From a virus: a stretch of DNA of 29,362 nt. Positions 8,079-15,683 of the stretch are shown here, piece after piece. The stretch's first letter is position 1. Every line of letters starts with the position of its first letter. Location of the stretch: the IMG/VR virus record IMGVR_UViG_3300042460_000312; one strand, written 5' to 3'. Below the pieces are notes generated by a model. It ran no database searches, was not told the origin of the DNA, and saw only the letters and a program-made list of their open reading frames with translations. A program made the position numbers and the translations under genes.

Positions 8079-8612
8079 TTACTTTATAAGTTCGTAATCT
8101 TTGTTTTGGTAATCTTGGTAATTCTCTTCTATGTTTTCTTTGATTCGTGTTTTGCAATATTTTAACGTGTGGAAAATAGACGTAACCGATATATTTGTTT
8201 CTTTGCTTATTTCACGCATTGACATATCGGAATCTTTATAAAGGTTGAAAAGCATTTGATCGTACCAATGCCATTCGTCAACTACGTTTTCAACTTGGTT
8301 TAATAAGTAATTAAATGATTCGTGTTTTTCTACGTTTGACGTTTCGTCTGCTAACATCGCTATTGAATCCAAATCTACTTTTTGCATTTTGTTTGCTTTA
8401 TTCACGTGTTGTAAAAAAGTATTTTTAAGCGCAAACCAAACATAAGATTTGTTTAAGTTTCCGTTTGTAAATAATTTTTCTTCGTTGCTCCATTTCAAAA
8501 GCATTAAATAAGTTTCTTGTACTATGTCTTCAGCAAAGAAATATTCGCCAAATGAGTTAACTATCTTAACCCATTCTTTATGATGCTTTACTACTTTGTT
8601 AATCCACTCCAA
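8079..8612 (-). CDS. ECF-type (sigma-70 family, regions 2 and 4) RNA polymerase sigma factor
   Basis: Region-2-like FAEDIVQETYLMLLKW and region-4 HTH-like MSMREISKETNISVTSIFHTLKYCKTRI. The start codon is TTG (8612..8610), and the next in-frame Met would delete region 2. Confidence 0.65.
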   Translation of the reverse strand: MEWINKVVKHHKEWVKIVNSFGEYFFAEDIVQETYLMLLKWSNEEKLFTNGNLNKSYVWFALKNTFLQHVNKANKMQKVDLDSIAMLADETSNVEKHESFNYLLNQVENVVDEWHWYDQMLFNLYKDSDMSMREISKETNISVTSIFHTLKYCKTRIKENIEENYQDYQNKDYELIK

Positions 8613-8635
8613 TTTTACTTTGTTTAAATATTAAT

Positions 8636-8669
8636 CAAATATATGTTTATTTTTTCAACAAGTAACAAA
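8636..8669 (-). promoter_or_regulatory. Candidate Bacteroidota-type promoter for the sigma-factor / late operon
   Basis: The minus strand reads TTTG-N22-TATATTTG (TAnnTTTG at 8643..8636), 24 nt upstream of the start codon. The spacer is longer than the usual 19. Confidence 0.35.
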
Positions 8670-8697
8670 AAATCTTATCAACAAACTTTTGTTAAAT

Positions 8698-8720
8698 AAA
8701 AAACCCCTAATTAAAGGGGC
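8698..8720 (-). terminator. Rho-independent terminator after the 67-aa gene
   Basis: The minus-strand RNA reads GCCCCU-UUAAUU-AGGGGU followed by UUUUUUAUUU, starting 7 nt after the stop codon. Confidence 0.7.
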
Positions 8721-8726
8721 GTAAAC

Positions 8727-8930
8727 TTATTGTAGTTTTAATCGGTAAATATACTTGTCTATCTTTTTTGCGGTTTCTAAACTTACATCTTTACCTTGTA
8801 AAAATCGGTCTATATTGTACTGGTGGAATTTTTCACCTCTACCTTTTATTTCTTTTACAACTTGGTTTCGTGTTCGTGTTTTTAGCGCTTCGAGTAAACA
8901 AGCTCGTAAGCTATAATCGTCTATCAACAT
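8727..8930 (-). CDS. Small putative HTH DNA-binding protein, 67 aa
   Basis: The segment TRNQVVKEIKGRGEKFHQYNIDRFLQGKDVSLETAKKI has a Cro/XRE-like helix-turn-helix flavour. It is the last gene before the terminator. Confidence 0.3.
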   Translation of the reverse strand: MLIDDYSLRACLLEALKTRTRNQVVKEIKGRGEKFHQYNIDRFLQGKDVSLETAKKIDKYIYRLKLQ

Positions 8931-9148
8931 CGGTCTAAATTTATTTCGTTTTCTTGTAAGATTTCAAAGAACTTTTCCCTTATGCGCTCAACCATTTCAA
9001 ATTGATTTTCTTTGAGTTCTTCGTACTTCCAAATGCTTCTTAATTCGTCTTTGATTTCGGTTAATGCAAAAAACATTTTCGTTGATTTTACTGCTGATTC
9101 AAATTCAAATTGGTCATCTGGTAGGTTATATTCAAGTTTTACTTTCAT
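8924..9148 (-). CDS. Hypothetical 74-aa acidic helical protein
   Basis: ORF with an ATG start that overlaps the next gene by 7 nt. No motif recognised. Confidence 0.55.
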   Translation of the reverse strand: MKVKLEYNLPDDQFEFESAVKSTKMFFALTEIKDELRSIWKYEELKENQFEMVERIREKFFEILQENEINLDRC

Positions 9149-9211
9149 ATTTTAGTTAATTGTTTAGATTAATACTTATTTTCATACTTACTGCACATTT
9201 TAGTTTAATAT

Positions 9212-9232
9212 AAGGGGCAATTTTTACCCCTT
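9212..9232 (-). terminator. Hairpin just after ssb (weak terminator or RNA-stability element)
   Basis: AAGGGG-N9-CCCCTT inverted repeat 9 nt downstream of the ssb stop. No clean U-tract follows. Confidence 0.3.
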
Positions 9233-9240
9233 AAACTTTA

Positions 9241-9564
9241 TTAAAATGGCAAATCGTCTGAACAATCCAATGCAACTTCTTTAAACGCACCTTCAACTGC
9301 GTTAATTTGCCAACCTTCAATCGTGTTGAAATACTTTATTTCGCCTTGTGGTGACTTCCATTCACGCCCTCTTAAATTAATGCTTACTTCGACTTGTTCG
9401 CCAACGTTATTTTGGTTTATTAAATCGGTTTTGTCTTGTGTAAATTGAATCGTTATGTATTGCGGAAATTTTTCGTCCGTCAATAATACAACATCTTTAC
9501 TTTTAAACTTTTCGCTTACTTTTCTAAGCGCTCCAACAAAGTGGATTTTTCCCGTTACTTTCAT
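9241..9564 (-). CDS. ssb: Single-stranded DNA-binding protein (DUF3127-type OB fold with acidic SSB tail)
   Basis: 107 aa. Motifs FPQYITIQFTQDK and LRGREWKSPQGEIKYFNTIEGW match the DUF3127 pattern. The C-terminus DDLPF is the canonical SSB protein-interaction tip. Confidence 0.7.
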   Translation of the reverse strand: MKVTGKIHFVGALRKVSEKFKSKDVVLLTDEKFPQYITIQFTQDKTDLINQNNVGEQVEVSINLRGREWKSPQGEIKYFNTIEGWQINAVEGAFKEVALDCSDDLPF

Positions 9565-9569
9565 TTGTT

Positions 9570-10244
9570 TTATTTTAAATTGATTACTAATTCGTTATAA
9601 TATTCCCTGCATTCTTCTATTCGTGTTTTGATTGATTCGATAACAACATCGTCTTTTACTATTTTAAACGTTTTTAGGCGCTTTTCTTTTGGTATATGTC
9701 CAAATGTGTGCTTTGATTGTACAAACGCTCTTAAATCCAAACTTTCCTCAATCAAACTTGCCTTCCAATGTTCCCTTCTTATTTCGTCTTCGACTATTTG
9801 TAAAGGGGTGTCAACCAAACAATAGCAAAGTAAAGATTCTTCTTTGCCCGTTAACCACATATACCCGTGCATTTGGTAAAAGTAAGATTTATTTGTTAAT
9901 TCGGTGTCGAAAAAAGGAAAAGTTGTTACGTCAAAACTACTCTTTACATCAAGTAAAATTTCGTCCGTGTTTACGTCGGGCGTTCCCGTAATCCAATCGT
10001 TGCTAAAATGTTCTTCGTTTTTATAAATGAATCCTAAATTCAAAACGTCGTTACAAAGTGCAATTGATAATTCTTCAACCTCGTTTCCTTTGTCGGTATA
10101 TCGTGAACTAAATTCTTTGCGTATTCCGTAAACTTCTTCAACTGCTAATTCTTGTAAATAAGTTTTAGTGGTTTGGCTTAACTTTTCCCCTTTTGTTTTG
10201 GGGTTCGTCATTATTTTTCCGATTGAACTACAACGTATTTTCAT
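9570..10244 (-). CDS. YqaJ / lambda-Exo-like recombination exonuclease (PD-(D/E)XK)
   Basis: N-terminal RCSSIGKIMT, then GTPD...LLDVKS (D...D/E-x-K). It sits between erf and ssb and has an ATGA overlap with erf. Confidence 0.65.
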   Translation of the reverse strand: MKIRCSSIGKIMTNPKTKGEKLSQTTKTYLQELAVEEVYGIRKEFSSRYTDKGNEVEELSIALCNDVLNLGFIYKNEEHFSNDWITGTPDVNTDEILLDVKSSFDVTTFPFFDTELTNKSYFYQMHGYMWLTGKEESLLCYCLVDTPLQIVEDEIRREHWKASLIEESLDLRAFVQSKHTFGHIPKEKRLKTFKIVKDDVVIESIKTRIEECREYYNELVINLK

Positions 10245-10768
10245 AACTCAAGGGTTTTTAATTGTTCTGGCGTTAATTCGAAAGTCTTTGTAAGTTCGTC
10301 CATTGTATAACCTCCGTCGCTTATTGCTTTAATTGCCTTTGCTAATCGTTTGTCGTCAATAGCAACTTTTTTAGTTTCGTTTTTTACTTCGGTCTTTACT
10401 TGTTCACCACCTGCGTCCGTATCTTTGTCCGTAACTAATCCTAAAGCACTTGATAAAGCGTAACGCCTTAAATAAGTTATTGCCGAACCCAAAACTTGGA
10501 AATCATTCATTCCCTTTAACGCTACGTTTTGAGGAATAGACGTTTTACTTTCTAAAGTTTCACCGCTTTCAACGTGAAAAACAATAGTAATTAAGTCCGT
10601 GCCGTGAATCAATTGTGTAAACCCTAAGCCGTGTTTTTTTAACAACGGGTTTATTACTTCAAAGATTTTCGGAAGGTCTGCGTAAGTGTAGCCGTAACCT
10701 TGCGTTGCTTTGTGAATCGTTGGAACTTCTTGTTGAAATTCCGCTAAACTTTTAAATAAATGTTTCAT
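10241..10768 (-). CDS. erf: ERF-family single-strand annealing protein
   Basis: Motifs LAEFQQEVPTIHK, YTYADLPKI, LKKHGLGFTQ and GSAITYLRRYALSSALGL, followed by an acidic linker, give the typical Erf signature. Confidence 0.8.
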   Translation of the reverse strand: MKHLFKSLAEFQQEVPTIHKATQGYGYTYADLPKIFEVINPLLKKHGLGFTQLIHGTDLITIVFHVESGETLESKTSIPQNVALKGMNDFQVLGSAITYLRRYALSSALGLVTDKDTDAGGEQVKTEVKNETKKVAIDDKRLAKAIKAISDGGYTMDELTKTFELTPEQLKTLEL

Positions 10769-10770
10769 TT

Positions 10771-10788
10771 TTATTGGTTTTATTGGTT
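10771..10788. repeat. Tandem TTATTGGTT x2 in the erf leader
   Basis: 10771..10779 and 10780..10788 are identical. The minus strand reads AACCAATAA AACCAATAA AAATG. Confidence 0.85.
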
Positions 10789-10800
10789 AGTAATTATATG

Positions 10801-10828
10801 CAAATATAACAATTTAATTAATATACAA
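10801..10828 (-). promoter_or_regulatory. Candidate Bacteroidota-type promoter for the erf-exo-ssb operon
   Basis: The minus strand reads TTG-N17-TATATTTG (TAnnTTTG at 10808..10801) in the 67-bp gap after the nuclease gene, about 32 nt upstream of the erf ATG. Confidence 0.5.
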
Positions 10829-10835
10829 CTATTTT

Positions 10836-11315
10836 TTAATTTATTTTTTTTAATTGATAATTTTTTATAATCCAAGTATCTTCTTTAAATGCAAATTTTC
10901 CGTCTAATTCCCCTTTTCTTTTAAATTCCTTTAATTGGTTTACTTCGTGTTTTGGTAGCATTCCCTTTATCCAAACTTTGCTATAATCGTTTAAAGCGTG
11001 TATAAAACAATAATAATCGCAATCTTGTTTATCGTTGAATGTACTCAAATGGCAATTAAAATTAATGTGAGCAGGTACGTTTGAAGCTAAAGTTTTACAT
11101 TCGATTTTATAGCCATCAATCAATAAATCGTAATTAAAGTTTTGGGCGTGAATAACTTCTTTGCCTTTGTTTTTATAATAATCAAAAACCATTATTTCAC
11201 CAAGCGCCCCTATTAAATTTCCTTTGCCTTTAGTTAGTGAATTATTTAATGTTTTAAAATCGTACAATATTTTCGCTCGTTCTAATTGACTGCTATTTAC
11301 GTTAAGTTGTAACAT
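10836..11315 (-). CDS. PD-(D/E)XK-fold nuclease (restriction-endonuclease-like / resolvase-like), 159 aa
   Basis: GALGE helix, then YDLLIDGYKIECKT (D...E-x-K). It overlaps ninG by 19 nt. Confidence 0.5.
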   Translation of the reverse strand: MLQLNVNSSQLERAKILYDFKTLNNSLTKGKGNLIGALGEIMVFDYYKNKGKEVIHAQNFNYDLLIDGYKIECKTLASNVPAHINFNCHLSTFNDKQDCDYYCFIHALNDYSKVWIKGMLPKHEVNQLKEFKRKGELDGKFAFKEDTWIIKNYQLKKIN

Positions 11316-11824
11316 TTGTTTTTTTGTTTGTAAGTTTCAATTATTTCTTTTAATTCGTCCCTTGTATATTTTCGTGTTTCGTGTGCTTTGCCTTGTAATT
11401 CAATTAAACGTTCTGGTCCTATTCGTTCTTGTATTCCTATTTGATAATTCAAAAGGTTTCCGTGTAAATATTGATTACAATAAACACATTGAGCGTGTAC
11501 GTTGTCTTCGTCAAAAGTTACGGCTTTATGTCCGCCCATTGAATAATAATGTCCCGCATCAAATTTTTGACCTAACTGAGTTCCGCAAGAAATACATCCT
11601 TTGTTTCGGTCTCGGTTTCTTATATAGCTATTAAAATAAGTTTGCGCTAATTTTGTAAGTTCTTGAATCGTTTGTAAATTTTCCTTTATTTCTTTTTTTC
11701 GTGTTTTCCATTCTTTTTCTTTTTGCGAATTTACCCAAACTTTTATGCAAGGTTCTTCTAAACAATATTTTTGGTTAAATCTTATTGGCGTAAATTCCGC
11801 TTTGCAATTTTTACATTTTTTCAT
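11297..11824 (-). CDS. ninG: NinG/Rap-family recombination (branched-DNA) endonuclease
   Basis: N-terminal CKNCKAEF...QKYC zinc ribbon, then FNSYIRNRDRNKGCISCG...DAGHYYS...NVHAQCVYCNQYLHGN, matching the lambda NinG pattern. Confidence 0.8.
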   Translation of the reverse strand: MKKCKNCKAEFTPIRFNQKYCLEEPCIKVWVNSQKEKEWKTRKKEIKENLQTIQELTKLAQTYFNSYIRNRDRNKGCISCGTQLGQKFDAGHYYSMGGHKAVTFDEDNVHAQCVYCNQYLHGNLLNYQIGIQERIGPERLIELQGKAHETRKYTRDELKEIIETYKQKNKCYNLT

Positions 11825-12954
11825 TTTTCTATAAATTTAAATATGTGTTCTATTATTGGTAAAGTCCATCCGTCCCCCAATAAACTTCCCGCTTTTGCCG
11901 TTGTAAGTATGTCACAATAATTATCGGGAAAACCTTGTAAACGGCACATTTCAATTTTATTGATCGTTCTAACAATACCATTTTTATAAGAAAATAGGTT
12001 GTTATTTGATTTTATTAAACAAGGCGCTTTACCTTTTGTAACTCTCGCCCTTCTTGTTTTACTTTTATAAAAAGATAAATCAATACAATCATTTTCTGAA
12101 ATTATATCATAACCTTGTTTAGTATTTGTTTTGCATCTTAATTCGTTATTTTCTTCGTAAATCAAAGTAAGCATTCCCGTTGTTTCGCTTCGGTGTTTTA
12201 GCGCTTCTTGACTACCTTGATTATTTCGATGTCCTTGCATTTTTAAAGAAACGTGTTTATCAGTATCAACATAAATCATATTTATAAAATCTCTTTTTGC
12301 TCGTTTTTTAATACTTTCTTGACTTGAACAAACCCTACTTTCACTTTCTAATAGTGCAAGTGCTTTAATTCTTTCAACTCGTCCGCCCGTTATAATATCT
12401 TTAAACATTATTTTTTTATCTTTTGGTTGGGGAATATCCGTAACAATATCGCCAAACAATCCGTCCTGGTGCGTTTTAATATTGCTCCAATAATATCTAT
12501 CCCTTAACTGAGCCGTTACTAATTTTGAATTTATTCGAACGGGGTAAACTCCCAAAGCCCTTGACATTATACCAACATCATATTTTGGTGCTGAACCAAC
12601 ATTTTCTTGTAAAAATAAAACCTTTGGATTTAAACTTTTTGTATAATTTAAAATTTCAACAAACACGAAAAACAAATTGCTTTTACTTCCATTTATACCC
12701 GCTCGTTTTCCCGCATTACTTAAATCTTGACAAGGCGAACCACTTAATATTAAATCAATAGTTTTCCAATCAATATTCCATTCACGCCATTTTGTAACAT
12801 CGCCTACTTGTATAGTGTCGGGAAAATGGTGTTGAGTTAATTCGATTGCATAAGATTTAATTTCACTTGAATAGTATTTATTAACTTTTATACCTACGTT
12901 TTCAAGTGCTTGTCTACCCGTGTTCATTCCATTAAATAAACTTACTACGTTCAT
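11821..12954 (-). CDS. DNA (cytosine-5)-methyltransferase
   Basis: Motif I-like VVSLFNGMNTG, motif IV SPCQDLSNAGKR, motif VI FLQENV, and distal QGFPDNY and GDGWTLPII. A long variable region lies between them. Confidence 0.9.
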   Translation of the reverse strand: MNVVSLFNGMNTGRQALENVGIKVNKYYSSEIKSYAIELTQHHFPDTIQVGDVTKWREWNIDWKTIDLILSGSPCQDLSNAGKRAGINGSKSNLFFVFVEILNYTKSLNPKVLFLQENVGSAPKYDVGIMSRALGVYPVRINSKLVTAQLRDRYYWSNIKTHQDGLFGDIVTDIPQPKDKKIMFKDIITGGRVERIKALALLESESRVCSSQESIKKRAKRDFINMIYVDTDKHVSLKMQGHRNNQGSQEALKHRSETTGMLTLIYEENNELRCKTNTKQGYDIISENDCIDLSFYKSKTRRARVTKGKAPCLIKSNNNLFSYKNGIVRTINKIEMCRLQGFPDNYCDILTTAKAGSLLGDGWTLPIIEHIFKFIEK

Positions 12955-12955
12955 C

Positions 12956-13102
12956 TTATTTTATATTATAATTATATTCGTAATTGTCTCCTTCTTCGCA
13001 AGTTTCACAAAATAATTTTATTTTATTTTCACAAGTGTAAAATCCATATTTACATTCAATATCAATATTTTCGTTTTCTTGTATTATTATTGTTTTTTCC
13101 AT
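12956..13102 (-). CDS. Hypothetical 48-aa four-Cys (zinc-ribbon-like) protein (not in ORF track)
   Basis: Manual translation gives MEKTIIIQENENIDIECKYGFYTCENKIKLFCETCEEGDNYEYNYNIK. There is a 1-nt gap to both neighbouring genes. Confidence 0.45.
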   Translation of the reverse strand: MEKTIIIQENENIDIECKYGFYTCENKIKLFCETCEEGDNYEYNYNIK

Positions 13103-13103
13103 A

Positions 13104-13388
13104 TTAAAAATTATTAGATTCAATTTCGTTTTCTAATTCTTTAATTCTAAATTTCAACTCTAAATTTAATTGTTCTAAATTGTTTGAACTTGACGAAAAT
13201 ATTCGTGCTTGTTTTTCTAAAACTAAAAAAGTTGTTAAGACCTCCGATAATTCATTTTCAGTTTCCTGCATAGAATTTATTAAGTCGGTTCGGTGTCCGT
13301 TTTTTTCTTCGATTTCCTCACGGCTTATTTTTAACTTTAATAAAGTTTTGCGTAAAATAGCGGTTGCGCTTAAAAGTTTTATTTCCAT
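13104..13388 (-). CDS. Hypothetical 94-aa coiled-coil protein
   Basis: ATG at 13388 lies 2 nt after the helicase stop. The track start 13424 is a TTG inside the helicase gene. Confidence 0.55.
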   Translation of the reverse strand: MEIKLLSATAILRKTLLKLKISREEIEEKNGHRTDLINSMQETENELSEVLTTFLVLEKQARIFSSSSNNLEQLNLELKFRIKELENEIESNNF

Positions 13389-13390
13389 TT

Positions 13391-14323
13391 TTATTGGTTT
13401 GCTTTTTTGTTTAGTTCGTCCCAAATATCAAGTTTTTTTTGTTGCTTAAAAATTGGCGATTGTTTTGGTCTTAACTTTTGTAACGGGTCGATTGAATCAA
13501 TTGTAAATCCAACTCCGTAATTATAGTTGCATAAAACGGGAACATCTAAAGCCGTATGTTTTCCGCCCGTGTCCGTGTCTTTTATTTTTTCAACTCCAAC
13601 CATTGTAAAAAATTTCATTGTTTCGTGTTTTATTAGCCTATGAATAACAAACATATCGTCACAACGATTTAAAAAAGCCTTACCGCCTTCAACGTGGTCT
13701 TTTAATGGTGGTTTAAGGTGTCCCTTCCAATGATGTTGTTCTGGGTATAAATTACCGCTTCGTCCGCTTTCGCTTGTTGGATGCGTGTTAATGTAGATTG
13801 TTTTTCCCGTTTCGTTTACAAATTGCCTTGCCATATTTAAAAACTTGTAATTGCCTTCGTAGTTCATTTCTCGGTCAAGTCCCGTAAACGGGTCAATTAA
13901 ACAAGCGTCTGCGTCTGAGTTTCTAAAAATTTCTAATAATTCCGTTGGCTTGTAAAGTTTTGAATTATCAATAAAAGTAAAACTTTGCTCTAAATAAGTT
14001 GAATAAGTTAAAATTTCGGATTCGCTTAATTCTTTGAATGGTCTTCCCGAATACATTTGAATCATATCCCGTAAAATTTGCCCGTGTTGGTTTTCCCCAC
14101 TCCATAAAATAAATTTTAAATTATTGGTTAAACTCAAGGTTAAAAAATACCACGTTATCCAATAAGATTTGCCTACGTTGTCGTGTCCTAAAATTATTGT
14201 TAGTTGTTTAGGCTTAAATCTTAAATAATTATCCAACGGACAACCGATTTCTAAACCTTGCTTTATTTTTCCGTTTTTATAGTCCAATAAATAGTTTATT
14301 CCAGAACCGCTTTTAATTAACAT
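13391..14323 (-). CDS. DnaB-C-terminal / RecA-like replicative helicase ATPase
   Basis: Walker A LGHDNVGKS and Walker B DACLIDPF, in a 310-aa RecA-fold-sized protein next to the organizer gene. Confidence 0.6.
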   Translation of the reverse strand: MLIKSGSGINYLLDYKNGKIKQGLEIGCPLDNYLRFKPKQLTIILGHDNVGKSYWITWYFLTLSLTNNLKFILWSGENQHGQILRDMIQMYSGRPFKELSESEILTYSTYLEQSFTFIDNSKLYKPTELLEIFRNSDADACLIDPFTGLDREMNYEGNYKFLNMARQFVNETGKTIYINTHPTSESGRSGNLYPEQHHWKGHLKPPLKDHVEGGKAFLNRCDDMFVIHRLIKHETMKFFTMVGVEKIKDTDTGGKHTALDVPVLCNYNYGVGFTIDSIDPLQKLRPKQSPIFKQQKKLDIWDELNKKANQ

Positions 14324-14948
14324 TTTTTCCTTTTTTAAGTGCTTCGGTTTTTGCTATTTGTGCCATTACATTTTTGTATAATCTATCGTCGCTTGTTTCA
14401 ACTTCGTTTTTTTGTACGTCTCGTTTTAACCAATTCTTTGCCGTCAAATATAACGAAGAATAACTTTTGTTTTGTTTATAGTTTTCTATACTATCAAGTA
14501 CGTTATTTATTTGGTCTGCGGAATATTCAATTCTTAATTTATCAAAGTCTTCAACGCTTAAACTTAAATGAGCGAAAGCTCTATATATATGTAATATATT
14601 ATCTTTATCACTATCACTATCACTATCGGCATTTTTGGTACGTTTTGGTATGCGACTTAGTGCGGTCGTATGCGGTTGTATGCGGTCGCATTCTTTTGTA
14701 TTCCAACGCTTGTTTGCGTTCTCTTTATTTCGTTCTCGTATACCTTCGTATTTTATTAAGTCCCTTTTTAAACATTGTTTAATTGGTTCAAAAACAACTT
14801 CAGTAAATTGGTCTTGTGGTTCTGGGTCTAAATCGTTTACATATCTTAAAATATGTTTAAATAAACGTCCCGTTTGTTCGTCGTTTAGTTTTTCTATCGT
14901 GTGAATTAAATCCACATATAATAAAAAACTCTTTTTTTCTTGTGCCAT
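14313..14948 (-). CDS. Replication initiator / replisome-organizer-like protein (211 aa from ATG 14948)
   Basis: The N-terminal segment KSFLLYVDLIHTIEKLNDEQTGRLFKHILRYVND...PIKQCLKRD matches the widespread phage/Bacteroidota replication-protein N-domain. The C-terminal ...YLTAKNWLKRD is DnaD/organizer-like. An acidic DSDSDSD linker is coded over the iterons. Confidence 0.5.
   Translation of the reverse strand: MAQEKKSFLLYVDLIHTIEKLNDEQTGRLFKHILRYVNDLDPEPQDQFTEVVFEPIKQCLKRDLIKYEGIRERNKENANKRWNTKECDRIQPHTTALSRIPKRTKNADSDSDSDKDNILHIYRAFAHLSLSVEDFDKLRIEYSADQINNVLDSIENYKQNKSYSSLYLTAKNWLKRDVQKNEVETSDDRLYKNVMAQIAKTEALKKGKNVN
14648..14687. repeat. Four phased 10-bp iterons GTATGCGGTY inside the organizer gene (candidate origin core)
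   Basis: The units are gtatgcgact, tagtgcggtc, gtatgcggtt and gtatgcggtc, head to tail with a 10-bp period. They are preceded by TTTTGGTA x2 (14633..14650), (ATCACT)x3 (14607..14627) and an AT-only tract (14581..14606). Confidence 0.6.
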
Positions 14949-14952
14949 AATC

Positions 14953-15333
14953 TTAGTTTTTATAAACATTATTTTGTAAACGCTTTTTAATCTTAGTCAA
15001 ATCGTAAAGGTTTTTACTTTCTAAGATGTCTTGTATTAAATTACGTTCCTTTATTTTTATTGTTTTGTTATTAAATTCCTCAAATAAATCAAGCGTATCA
15101 ATTAAAAACATTTCGTCCTTTGATCGTTCAAATAGTTCAGCTTGTGTTATTCCGTAAATAATTGTTGCGTGATTCATTCCAAATATTTCGGCAATTTCAC
15201 GATAAATAAAATTGTTTTTTCGTAGGTAAGAAAATATAAACCAACGTCTATGCACTTTGTTTGGTTTCTTTGTGCGTTCTCGCAGGTTTTCAGTTTTAAT
15301 TATTTCGTGTATTCTTTCAATCAAGGTTTCCAT
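14953..15333 (-). CDS. DnaA domain-IV-like HTH DNA-binding protein, 126 aa
   Basis: RRWFIFSYLRKNNFIYREIAEIFGMNHATIIYGI aligns by eye with DnaA C-terminal ARQ-AMYL...L-EIG--FGGRDHTTVLHA. Confidence 0.55.
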   Translation of the reverse strand: METLIERIHEIIKTENLRERTKKPNKVHRRWFIFSYLRKNNFIYREIAEIFGMNHATIIYGITQAELFERSKDEMFLIDTLDLFEEFNNKTIKIKERNLIQDILESKNLYDLTKIKKRLQNNVYKN

Positions 15334-15530
15334 AAGTATAAGTTATTAAGCGTAAGTAAATGTATTCGATTAGTGCTTTCATATTGTTTCGACTTTTAAG
15401 ATTAATTTTCTTTGCATTGCCATAAGCATTATGGCGTGGTCTCGGTCAAGTGCTTTTAAAACACGATAACCAATTGTTTTTTTAGTGCAATTGCTATCTA
15501 AATAAAACAAGTATGTAATTTTATAATAAT

Positions 15531-15683
15531 TCACGGACTTTCAATTATATAATTTTCGTAAGTAAATATTTTATCTTTTAATAATTTGTTTTCCTCAACA
15601 ACTTTTAAATATTTTTTACTATTTTGAAATAAAAAAGCTCCGATAAAAATTCCAACTATTAAGCTAATTATTATTTTTTTCAT
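15531..15683 (-). CDS. Hypothetical 50-aa membrane protein (not in ORF track)
   Basis: Manual translation gives MKKIIISLIVGIFIGAFLFQNSKKYLKVVEENKLLKDKIFTYENYIIESP. It has one N-terminal TM helix and an ATGA overlap with the upstream 68-aa gene. Confidence 0.5.
   Translation of the reverse strand: MKKIIISLIVGIFIGAFLFQNSKKYLKVVEENKLLKDKIFTYENYIIESP

Noticed and set aside
13433-13440. A8 run (minus strand) near the helicase 3' end as a second -1 frameshift site into the 106-aa ORF frame
   Set aside because: The downstream ORF is indeed in the -1 frame. However, that frame has a TGA at 13428..13430 immediately after the run, so slippage would terminate at once rather than fuse the proteins.
14607-14627. 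(ATCACT)x3 microsatellite as a phase-variation switch in the organizer gene
   Set aside because: The unit length is 6 nt, so copy-number change stays in frame and only alters the number of Asp-Ser repeats. It is better treated as part of the candidate origin region.
15379-15534. 51-aa GTG-initiated ORF (VNYYKITYLFYLDSNCTKK...) between the 50-aa TM ORF and the DnaA-IV-like gene
   Set aside because: It is not called as a feature. It depends on a GTG start overlapping the upstream stop and has no motif support. It is mentioned only as part of the overlap chain.
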